A stretch of DNA of 50,184 bases, filler included, from Sphacelaria rigidula (lineage: Eukaryota): the NCBI GenBank assembly GCA_964200075.2. It is 3 parts of 3 records of this genome, joined end to end, with 100 filler letters (N's around TTAATTAATTAA, not from the genome) between each part and the next. Parts side by side here need not be neighbours in the genome. Positions count along the whole stretch, not along the records: positions 1 to 16,664 come from CAXNAA020001285.1; 2 more parts are not named here. One strand, given 5' to 3'. A program made the translations under genes and the position numbers. The notes beneath the pieces are model-generated. The model was not told the origin of the DNA. It saw nothing but the letters and a program-made list of their open reading frames with translations, and did not search any database. Shown here piece by piece: positions 1 to 9,973 of this stretch; the first letter of the stretch is position 1; each line of letters begins with the position of its first letter.

Positions 1-232
1 GGCTGTCAAACGAGCACCTACATACCTCAATGTCCCTCCTACAGTCTCTACAGGTGCTTTCAGAGCACTTGGCTTTCGTGCCAACGTAAACTACTTTTGT
101 TCTTGGCGCCAAAAATGAAGAGGAGGAATAGCAACGGGGGGGGCGCAGATACGCGGAAATAATGCCCCCGTTGTGCGTTTGAGGACGTTTCGTCGAGATG
201 AATTGCAGAGACAAATCCAAGCGCTTTCTTAC

Positions 233-350
233 CTAGGAAGCTGGCGCTGGCAGCGAGACCTTTCTCCACACTGCCCAGGTTGAAGGTGTTCGCTACAGCT
301 TCCAGAACGAAGGACACAATCAACACCTCGATAGCGTCCACGCCACAGCC
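233..350 (-). CDS. Internal exon of an MFS transporter (SV2/SVOP/NiaP-like), TM1-TM2 region
   Basis: Minus-strand exon bounded by a CAG acceptor (353-351) and a GTAAGA donor (232-227). It translates GCGVDAIEVLIVSFVLEAVANTFNLGSVEKGLAASASFLG, matching the D-A-x-E...S-F TM1 and FxG TM2 pattern of SV2-like MFS proteins. Flanking exons were not identified. Confidence 0.75.
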
Positions 351-1047
351 CTGACAACGTGGTGACGATGCAAAAAGATGGCAATACGTGAGTGTCGGGG
401 GTTACCCGAGTCGGATTTTGTGCTCCTTTTCACCGCGAGGGGACTCCGATGGATACAAGCACGTACGGGCATGAATTTATTGAGGCACAGTCGCTGTCAT
501 TTGACACGCTGATTTGCACGAGTGCCCTTCACTTCATCGTTGGCACCCTACATTCAACCTCCGCCCTTTCCCGTCCTCGAGACGAGTCTGTAAGTTCGAG
601 CGACGTACCCATGTGTTCCTTGGTACTAGGAGAGTACTATGCTATTGCGCATTGGATCATGACTATCAGCATCGCCAAAGCCCGCCAGTTTTCAAGGGAT
701 GTTGATCATTTTCCGGAACTGACGCACATCCTCACATTTTGATTTTCGCGAGACCAAAAAAGACATGTTTCCGATCGAGATTCCAACCCGCCAACGTCGT
801 CCAAAGTACTGTAGTATTGATGAACAGTACCAGCCTGACAGAGGGCGGGGAAGGGTTATCGCCGTACCGAGATATCAATTCATTATTTGTCTCTGACGGC
901 TCCAGTGCAGTCAGGTGTCATTTTGCTGTCGACGTCTGAAAGGCCATAATTTCGTCTTCAATAGATTTTAGGGTATTATCAATTCTACAGTATATCATTC
1001 AACATTTTCGTCAAATGCCTTTTCCTGCAGACAGGAGTAATTAATTT

Positions 1048-1750
1048 GGGAAATATGCACAAAAGGGTACACCCTGGTGCTTTTGGAACAAAAAGGGCTA
1101 CGCATTTTTCGCTTCGGGGCGCAGCGCTGCACGCGGGCTGAACACCTCGAAAACACGTCCTAGAGCCTCAGCCCCAAGCCCACGGTGTCTGGGCAGCATG
1201 CCCGACCACTTATTTTCATTTTCGTAAGTGTTACCAGCCTGAACTATGGCGCCGAAAATGAGAGCCTGTGAGAGTACCCTTTTTTGTAAACAAACCAGGA
1301 GGATACACCCTGCCTTCTGCTTTAAAATGATTTCTTACCCTTTTTTGTTTACCGGTTTACCCTTTTTTGTGAAGCGGTGACCGTACAGCCGGCTCAGCAG
1401 AAGATACACGCCGAGCAGTCGCAGCCATAACCATTTCGGTCAAATCACCCTCCCACCAAAATAAAGGCCGAAACCCCACGACGAAGAGAGTGTACCCCCT
1501 GCTATAGCTGGCACGAGGACCCGGAAGATCCAACGATGCATACAGGGTGCTTGTGTGTCGGAGCTCACAAAGATCCAACGAACATGCGTCAACATCTTGC
1601 CGACACACACGCCCGCACGACGTCACGTGGTGACAATGTCAGACTGTTGCGGGATCTGCGATTTGCGGCTCGGAAACAAGTATAGGCACCGACCGGATTC
1701 CAGATCGGAGGAAGAACGCCTGAATCGAATGGGATAAACTGTACAATCGA
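1048..1750 (+). repeat. Left terminal inverted repeat arm (~700 bp)
   Basis: 1048-1392 pairs with 8559-8906 (~88% identity); 1414-1750 pairs with 2361-2698 (~95%). Confidence 0.9.
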
Positions 1751-1834
1751 TGTACAATTTCACGGTATTTTGCCGAACAGTGAGACCTGAATAATGACTA
1801 TGGCCTGCAACTCATGAAGAAAAAACAAATCTAT

Positions 1835-1937
1835 GTTGTTGTTGTTGTTGTTGTTGTCGTCTTCACATTAAAAACCGTTCCAATATCTGCGCGGTACATT
1901 TGTACGGGGCATCTGATGCGGACGCCTTCCGTGGTCA
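1835..1937 (-). mobile_element. Short non-LTR retroposon 3' end (SINE or 5'-truncated LINE) with (CAA)n tail
   Basis: The reverse complement TGACCACGGAAGGCGTCCGCATCAGATGC...AATGTGAAGACGA(CAA)n is homologous to 13897-13997. Confidence 0.7.
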
Positions 1938-2360
1938 CAGGCTAGCAAAAAGACAAAAACAACAAGATAGATCTAGGTTAAAAGTGACAAAACGCGATAC
2001 AAGCAAAACAGGGATAGATAATAAAGAGGGAAAAGAACACATATGGCTAAACTCAGAAGATCCGGTGCCGCAGGTGGCCATCCGGACTTCAGGGAGTGGC
2101 ACCCGGGTTTCCAACTCGACGCGTGAGGTCCAATTAGAAATGAACATGGGGTCCGACCACGGGCGAGACTCAAGGCCCCATGTTCCATGAACATAATTTA
2201 AGTTGTGCCCAATTTTTTGTCCATCCTATATTTTAGGGTCCAACTCTAAAAAATGTGGTGAGGATGGGCCTGCAAATTACAAGCCCGCTTCAAGGCTGGC
2301 CCAGCTCGTAGTGCTAGTCTAGAAGGAACATTAATGCAACAGCGAGGATCGGAGGACATT

Positions 2361-2712
2361 CGATTGTACAGTTTATCCCATTCGATTCAGGCGTTCTTCT
2401 TCCGATCTGGAATCCGGTCGGTGCCTATACTTGTTCCCGAGCCGCAAATCGCAGATCCCGCAACAGTCTGACATTGTCACCACGTGACGCCGTGCGGGCG
2501 TGTGTGTCGGCAAGATGTTGACACATGTTCGTTGGATCTTTGTGAGCCCCGGCACACAAGCGCCCTGTATGCATCGTTGGATCTTCCGAGTCCTCGTGCC
2601 AGCTATGGCAGGGGGCTACACTCTCTTCGTCGTTGGGTTTCGGCCTTTTTTTTTGGTGGGAGGGTGATTTAACCGAAATGGCTATGGCTGCGACTGCTTT
2701 TTTGCGAAGCCG
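2361..2712 (-). repeat. Inner part of the right TIR arm
   Basis: Reverse complement of ~1390-1750. The near-identical 60-aa ORFs at 1555-1737(+) and 2373-2555(-) reflect this symmetry. Confidence 0.9.
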
Positions 2713-2970
2713 TGTGACGAAAATACGCCGTTACGTTGAGTTGGTGGTGATGATATGAATAATGACTGGGGGCACGGAGATTTTGGAGGGATCTGGATAA
2801 TGACCGGGGACACGGAGATGGTATCCGCAGATCTAAAAAGCTCGTGCCCTGGAAGGTCACTCCGTTAATATGAGATGTTGTAAAGGTTGACAACTGGAAC
2901 TGAGACCAGTAAGACTGGGGAGTCCCTCAAAAGCAGTGATCCAGTACTTCTTCCACTGGCTGGCTTCACA
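2713..2970 (+). repeat. 5' LTR
   Basis: TGTGACGAAAATACG...GGCTTCACA; direct repeat of 8301-8558 with ~23 differences. Contains an internal 23-bp duplication (ATAATGACYGGGGRCACGGAGAT). Confidence 0.95.
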
Positions 2971-3276
2971 ATAGTGATATTAGTACTAGTGTTAGTGCTA
3001 GAAGCTTGCTGGAAAGGAACTCGGCGGAAGGAGTCTGGTAGCTGTGGAAACCTGATAACTTACGGACGCGTGGAGAGGGCTCCAGCTGAGGAGGCTGCAG
3101 AAACGCGGCTGGCCTGTGATCGATCCAGACTGGACTGGAGACTTGCTACAGCTGCGTGCAGCGGGAGTTTGGAAGCTCCTACAACTGTGTGGTGCGGCGA
3201 CGAAAAAAGGAAAGTGCAATTCGCGAAGGTCCGCTGGCCTGTAAAGGTTCGCAGGTAGCTGGTTACAGCTACAGCT

Positions 3277-4192
3277 ATGGCTACCGGCTCACGAGGTACG
3301 TCCACCGTGACAGCCGCGGTCATGCGGGAAGAGTTGCGACCTCCCCAATACGGGGACAGGTACTCAGAGAGTGCATCTCGTACTTTTTATACAAAATACT
3401 TAGAGTACAAAAAGCGTGTGGAGCACGCTAATGCAGTGGGTGCCGTGCGGCATCAGGTGGTGACAATGGATCAACAAGTGCCAACTCATGTACAGAGAGT
3501 GTTCGTTCGTTTGGAACATAATGAGAGCACGATCACCCCGCCGCAATTGGTTGCGGCGATCAAAAAGCATGCTGGGCATGTGGCGGGCGCCAAGGTGAAT
3601 CTGACCCAAGCGTCCGCTGACGTGGCGAAAGCTGTCGCCATGGATTATCCGCGGAAAACGATGCTAGAGCGGGTGGAGCCCATCTTGGCCAATTCGGAGA
3701 AGTACTTGACGGAAAATCCGAACGTGGAATAAATGTATCGTTCCCCCGATGATGAGTTCATTCCCGGCCCGGCAGCAGTAATCACTAAGGCTTTGGTGGA
3801 GGGGTTTGGCACCGGAGAAATTCAAGCAAGCCGTGCTTATCAAGCTGCGGCACCAAACAGGCTGGAAGGCCGACCCATACCTTGTGATGAGCACCGTCGT
3901 GGCCGAGGCCAAGGAGTGGCGGAACATAGAGGTGTTCGGCCAGTCGTCCACCTCTTCGCCGAGATCTTCGCGCCACCATGACTCGAAATCGGACGGTCGC
4001 GCCGCGAGTATCACTTGCCACCGCTGTGACCATGTCAGTAATTACGCGCGCGATTCCCCAACGTCTTCCGGTGGGGAGTCTGGGCAGTCTAGTGCCGCGC
4101 GCCATCAGCACCGTCAGCACAAGGGCAAAAGACGAGGTGATCGTGGTGGCGGCGGCGGATCCTCCGGCGATGGAGGGTCGCAGGCGAGCCCT

Positions 4193-4229
<37 letters not shown>

Positions 4230-4501
4230 GGCAGCGGCGTCAGCATGGGCCTGGCTCTGGGTCCGGCGCCGCCGTAGGTGCTGCTGCTCCGCAACGGGCG
4301 GTGCAGGTGGGCCCGACTTCTACAGAGTCGAACTCTGCGCCAGCGCCGGTGGTGGCGCCGGCGGCGACACCGGCAACAGCGCCAGGCGCGACGCTTGTTG
4401 ATGCGTTGGTCGGAGGTTCGCCAAATTCTTGGTTTGCTGGCTGGGGGGCGTACCCGCCGGCGGTGCCGTTTGAACCTGCCGGGGCGTCTTCGCCTGCGTA
4501 G
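3277..4501 (+). pseudogene. gag: gag (stops and frameshift) with degenerate zinc knuckle and poly-Gln
   Basis: ORFs 3277-3732, 3733-~3810 and 3806-4501 join through a stop and a frameshift. CHRCDHVSNYARDS is a decayed CX2CX4HX4C knuckle. Confidence 0.8.
4193..4228 (+). repeat. (CAG)12 microsatellite encoding poly-Gln in gag
   Basis: Seen directly in the sequence. Confidence 0.95.
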
Positions 4502-4561
4502 CTTGCGCAGCCGTGGCGTCCAGTGGGATAAGCAGCGCATCGGTCGGCGGAAGAAGCTCCC

Positions 4562-7500
4562 GTGGAGCTTGCCGACAGATACATGCCGGCGGAGTTATGT
4601 CTTCCGAATCAACGGCAGCGTGGAGCCATTGTGGTTCGGTCTGTGTTGGATTCTGGCGCCCATTTCACCAGTCTGACGGTGCAGATGGCTGAGATGCTGG
4701 AGCGACAACTCCTGGGTGTGCCGCTGCGCATCCCGTTTTCGCTCGGGACGCGGCAGGCAGTCACCGCGTCGGGTCGACCCGTATGAGCGGTTTAAGGACT
4801 CCATCAAGACGCGGATGTCTCCGCCTGGTCCGCACGTGGAGACGCCCGCCTTTTGGGGCAGTCGTCGCGTGAGCTTGTCGGTGGATGCTTTTCAGGAGGC
4901 TGGGGGGCAGGTGATCGAGGAGCGGGACGCGGCGGTGGAACGCTCAGTAGAGCGCGACCCGGACATGTTTATGGACCCGGCGGAAGAGGAGTCCGCTCGG
5001 AAGGTCGCGCTGGAGGAGAGCGTGACGGATGCTGTGGCGAAAGGCCTCAACGTCCCCAAAGCGGAACGCCTGCGCGGCACCTTGCATCCCCGCGTCAACG
5101 CGTTTCGTCGTGCGCTGGGAGGTGATCCCCCTGTGCGCGTGTAGCCCATGCGTGTTCAGCTGAAACCTGGGGCATCCGCGGTGAAGGCGAAGCCGCGGCG
5201 GTACGATCCGGTGAAGTCGAGCTGGTTGGCGTCGTGCATGGCGGCTATTTTGGCGCTTGGATTGGTAGTCCGGAATCTGCAGGCGGTATGGTCTAGCCCA
5301 GATATGTCGGTTCCCAAGAAAGACTCGTTTCGCCTGGTAAGCGACTACAAGGTCGTAAAATATCAGGTTGAGAAGTCGCCGGGGGTGAAGCACAATCAAG
5401 AGTCGGACATGCGTGATCTCTTGAGTGTTCGTGGTTTTTGGTAAGTTGAACCTCCTCCAAGGTTATTGGCAGATGCCGCTGGCGGAGGAGGCGCAGGAGA
5501 TTTTCACAATCACGACCCCGTTAGGCTTGTTTACCCCGAAGCGAGTGCCGCAAGGCGTGTTGAATGCCACGGCATATTTTCAAGGTATCATGACAGAACT
5601 GCTTATCGGCTTGAAATGCAAGATATGGGTGGATGATGTGCTTTTTTTCGCAGACACGAAAGACGAACTCTTGGACACGCTTGATGCTATCTTGGCTCGT
5701 TTGGAGAATGTCGGTTTGTTTGCGGCGGCGCACAAATGCACTTTCTTCGCTAGTGAACTCGTATGGTGTGGGAAAGGGTACTCACACGGACGCGTATCTC
5801 ATGACCCTATCGGATGGCAAGGTTTATCTGACATGCGGCGCCCGGAGACGGCCGCAGAACTCATGCAATTCATGCAGGCCGTGAATTGGCCGCGGACCTC
5901 GTTGCCGCGTATGGCAGAAACAGTAGCCCCCTTGCGTTTTTTCCTCGAAGAACTCATGGCGGATGCTGCGAGGCGGATGAAGCGTGTTGCAAAAAACCGC
6001 GCTCTTCCGCCTGCATCGTGGACGGGGGGCAGGTTGCAGGCGTGGGCGGCAGCGAAGGATCTGGTAGCTCACGTCGTGATGCTGTTGCACCCTCATCCTG
6101 ATCGTCAGGTGATAATGTTTCCGGGTGCATCTGAGAGTCATTGGGGTAGTTTCGTTACGCAGGTGCCTAAAGCGTAAATTCGATGACTCCTGCGGGTTGA
6201 AGGCATGACGCATGAGCCGCCGACGTCCCTCAGTGGTAATTTTGAGGGTCCGCAGTTGCGTTGGGCCACAATTGATGAGCAAGGTTTTGCTATCGTGAGC
6301 ACTTTTCGTCGTTTGGAACATCTTTTGTGGGATGGCGTGCACGATTACACGGATCACCGATATCTCGTGTATACTTTCAACCCGGAAGCGTGCGTTACGT
6401 CTGTGTCGAAAGAATTGGTACAACGTTTGGAGGGTCGGAAAGCTGTTTTTGGCCAATACCGTTACTCGATTTGCCGTATTTCGGATGATCGTAACGCGTG
6501 GGGGACTTGCTTTCGCGTTGGGCGAATATTACGGCTTTGCCTGTGCGCGCTGTGACTGTGTATGGTCCGTGTGAACCTGATGACTCGATGCGGTACAAAT
6601 CTTTTGTCCGCCAAGCGCAACGAAAATACCTTGGGGCCGAAGATATGGATGTGCAATCTTTCGAGTCGGACGTTGGTACTGTTATCTTGGACAATGAAGG
6701 TCTGTTTCGTGTGCATGTGCGTGGCCGAAATATTTAGGGGATTCCGAGTTCTGACAAGCAGTTGCAGGTACGTCTCATGATTTGCGCGCAAATGCGCGAC
6801 GCCGGGCATCATGGGGTGCAAGAGTTGTGTGTCTGGCATTTGCGCGCAAATGCGCGACGCCGGGCATCATGGGGTACAAGAGTTGTGTGTCTGGCATTTG
6901 CGCGCAAATGCGCGACGCCGGGCATCATGGGGTACAAGAGTTGTGTGTCTGGCAGGGGATAGAAACTCGTGCGCGCGAATTTGTCCGCCAGTGTCTTCAA
7001 TGTACTGACTCGAGGGCGGGCGATGTTGTTCCCGCCCGCTCGGCGAAACGGTCCATGGGACCACGCTGAATGAAGTCGTTCATTTTGACTTCTTGTACGT
7101 GGGCGAGAGTGGCCCGCTAGCTTCGCAGGGTTTGTCGGGGGGAGCTGGGTTTCGATGCATTTTGGTAATCATGGATGATTTGAGCAACTTTGTGACTCTG
7201 GAACCAGTAGCAGTATGTACTGCTGAATCGACCGCTGCATCTTTGTTGAACTGGTGCAAACCTTTGGGGGTGCCGCGTGTGTCGGTGAGTGATGTCGCCA
7301 CGCATTTCAAGAACGCGATCTTGGCCCGATTGAGAGAGACTTTACGCGTTGATCAACAGTTTGCGGTAGCGTTTTCTCCGTGGTCTAAAGGCACGTGTGA
7401 ACGCATGGTCAAGGAAGTAGTTCGTGCTCTTCGCTCTTTTCTTCTCGAGCAGCGTAGAGCGGTTTCCGAGTGGGTGAACGTGTTGCCGGCGGTGCAATGG

Positions 7501-8220
7501 GCGCTTAATACAGCGTATCGTCGTCGTTACGATAGTACACCGTACCACGTGATGTTTGGTCGTACCCCTCGGACGTCTTTCTCGGTGCTGGCGTCTTCGT
7601 CGGTGGGGGAATGGAAGTGTGATGTTCTGGACGATGTTCACATTAAGCGTGCATTGTGAGGAGTTGTGGATTTGCAAGAACGTTTCCACGTTCAAGTGCA
7701 GGAACGTGTTGCCGCTGAACGTGCGCGTAGACGTGAGGGGTCCTCGTCGGGGCTGGAGCTGCCGAATTTTGAGGTAGGCGACTATATCTTGTATGCACGC
7801 GTGCGTTGTCCGAGTGTTACGCCAAAGTTGATGGCGACGTGGACTGAACCATGGAGAGTGGTTGGTGCTCACCACCCGCACGTGTTTGAGATTCAGAACA
7901 TTGTTTTAGGTCGTGTTTAGACCGCCCATGTAGCTCGTTTGCGTTTTTATGCAGACTCGCAGCTTAATGTTACGGCTGACGTTAAGGATGTGTTCCAGCA
8001 TGCTTCCAGTAAGGGGTAATTTCAGATGGCTGGTATTGTCCGAGTGGCATCGTTCGTCGATCCTGTTGTTCGACTGGGTTGGTTTCGAAGGTGAGGAGCG
8101 TACGTGGGAGCCTTTCAAGGATATTTGTGAAGCCGCTCCGGAATTTCTTACGAAAGAGTTGCGTAAATTGCGCGTGACTCGCGCCATTGCTGCTCGCATT
8201 ACGAGTGAGTTTGTATTTAG
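4562..8220 (+). pseudogene. pol: pol: aspartic protease, RT, RNase H, integrase and chromodomain (multiple lesions)
   Basis: VLDSGA (protease); LNLLQGYWQ, PQGVLNA and WVDD (RT); FPGASESHWG and YTDH (RNase H); ILVIMDDLS, SDVATHF and GTCERMV (integrase); DWVGFEGEERTWEPF (chromodomain). Confidence 0.92.
6780..6953 (+). repeat. Tandem triplication of a 58-bp unit in the integrase zinc-finger region
   Basis: ATTTGCGCGCAAATGCGCGACGCCGGGCATCATGGGGTRCAAGAGTTGTGTGTCTGGC starts at 6780, 6838 and 6896. Confidence 0.95.
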
Positions 8221-8300
8221 CTATGACTTACTCATCGTTTTGGCGTTTCCTCTGTTTCAAGCTTGTTGATCGATTTTCGTCTAGCGCGCTTTGGGGGTGC

Positions 8301-8558
8301 TGTGACGAAAATACGCCGTTACGTTGAGTTGGTAGTAATAGTATGAATAATGACTGGGGGCACGGAGATTCTGGAGGGTTCTGGATAATGACCGGGGACA
8401 CGGAGATGGTATCTGCAGGTCTAAAAAGCTGGTGCCCTGGACGGCCACTCCGATAATATGAGATGTTGTGAAGGCTGACAACTGGAAGTGAGACCAGTGA
8501 GGCTGGGGAGTCCCTCAACAGCAGTGCTGCGGCACTTCTTCCACTGGCTGGCGTCACA
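8301..8558 (+). repeat. 3' LTR
   Basis: TGTGACG...CGTCACA terminal inverted repeat; ~91% identical to the 5' LTR. Confidence 0.95.
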
Positions 8559-8562
8559 GCCG

Positions 8563-8906
8563 GGTGCGCGGTCACCACTTCACAAAAACGGGTAAGCCGG
8601 TAAACAAAAAAGGGTAAGATATAACTTTTGAACAGAAGGCAGAGTGTACCCTCCTGGTTTGTTTACAAAAACGGGTACTCTCACAGGCTCTCATTTTCGG
8701 CGCCATAGTTCAGGCTAGTAACACATATGAAAATGAAAAAAAAATGGTGGGGCGTGCTGCCCAGACCCCTTGGGCGTGGAGCTGAGGCGCTAGAACGTGT
8801 TTTCGAGGTGTTCAGCCTGCGTGCAGCGCTGCGCCCCAAACCGAAAAGTTTGTAGCCCTTTTTTGTTCCAAAAGCACAAGGGTATGCCCTTTTGTGTATA
8901 TTGCCC
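8563..8906 (-). repeat. Outer part of the right TIR arm
   Basis: Reverse complement of 1048-1388. Confidence 0.9.
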
Positions 8907-9497
8907 AATTCATTTTGCTGTCCACATCTGAGAGGCAACCTTTTCGTCTTTACTTGGTTTTGGAGCACTTTTTTTTCTGATGTCATTTCGTTCTCTGACG
9001 AAGAAGTCTCATCAAAATGGCAACCAACATTGTGGCGGGGATCGATCTCCTGCCTTTGGGTTCTCGAAATGTATACCGAAATAGTTTGAAAACGAAAGCC
9101 ATTTCGGATAGTTTGTTTCTGTTGAGAGGAAGTAGGTATGGCTGCAAGCACCCAATCATGTGGTGTACTCGTGTGTTGATGGTCACCGGAGGCACGATGG
9201 CGGAGAGAAGTATCCTCGCTCGTATCCTTCGTGCGTCTTCGTTCGGCGATTCCCAATCGCTAGAGATTTTGGAATAATGTTACCACCACATACCCAATTT
9301 GCTAGCCCTTTCCTTGGCACAAGCACCGCAGGCCGTCAGTTGAACAGCCCCTAAGAAAGAGATAGGGTTACCGAACCTTGACGGATGTACTCATGTCTTC
9401 TATGTCGCGTAATTAGCGCAAACATACGCGAGGAGCACACGGGACTGTCAGCCTCACGAGCTGGTTCACTCTCATCACCCAGAAAACACTCATCGAC

Positions 9498-9779
9498 AAA
9501 ACCTCACGCCGTTTGAAGGAGTTAGACCCTGAAATTTTGCACAGCTACTCCATGGGTAGTTACGCAACTTTCGAAGAACGAGGTTTCTTCACTTCTTGAC
9601 TTTTTCACCGTTTTTCGGGATTCCCTATTTTTTCGGGAAAACATCGATCCAATCAGACCCCCGTAAAAACGGTTAAAACAAGGAATAAACAAATTCGTTC
9701 TTCAAAAGTTGCGTAATCATCCATAGAACATTTGTGTACAATTGTAGGGTCTAACTCATCAAAACGACGTGAAGTTTTT
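9498..9779. repeat. Imperfect inverted repeat (~120-bp arms) of a dispersed module
   Basis: 9498-9620 pairs with ~9660-9779. The same AAAGTTGCGTAAT...GGxTCTAACTC...AACGRCGTG module recurs at ~15633-15755 and partially at ~2232-2262. Confidence 0.8.
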
Positions 9780-9973
9780 CGCTTCTGTGCGACATTTCTT
9801 AGCGTACCGCGGTGAAACCGCAAACTACTTGATTTTTGTACCAAAACGGCGTTTTCGGGCCTTCTTTGACGTGAACATGAAAATTTGAGCATGAGTTGAT
9901 GGAGTTTCGCGACGAAATTTCGTGGGGCCTTTCCTTGGGTTATACGGCGACAAATCGTGAGCGAAATAGTAAA

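Larger units (their letters stand above)
2713..8558 (+). mobile_element. Full-length degenerate Ty3/gypsy (chromovirus-type) LTR retrotransposon
   Basis: 258-bp LTRs bounded by TG...CA; 4-bp TSD GCCG (2709-2712, 8559-8562); G-rich tract before the 3' LTR; domain order gag-PR-RT-RH-IN-chromodomain. Confidence 0.95.
1048..8906. mobile_element. Non-autonomous Mutator-like (MULE)/foldback element with ~700-bp TIRs, interrupted by an LTR retrotransposon
   Basis: Termini GGGAAATATGCACAAAAGGG (1048) and reverse complement GGGCAATATACACAAAAGGG (8906). The 9-bp flanks AATTAATTT (1039-1047) and AATTCATTT (8907-8915) match 8/9. Left arm 1048-1750 is the inverted copy of 2361-2712 plus 8563-8906. No transposase seen. 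Confidence 0.85.

Noticed and set aside
1555-2555. Duplicated 60-aa small protein genes
   Set aside because: They are the two arms of an inverted repeat, start at non-ATG codons and show no recognisable domain.
2971-2990. PBS or Tf1-type self-priming site for the first retrotransposon
   Set aside because: There is no TGG start after the LTR, and I found no complementary segment within the LTR.
6780-6953. CRISPR-like array
   Set aside because: The units are head-to-tail with no unique spacers, lie inside an integrase, and the context is eukaryotic.
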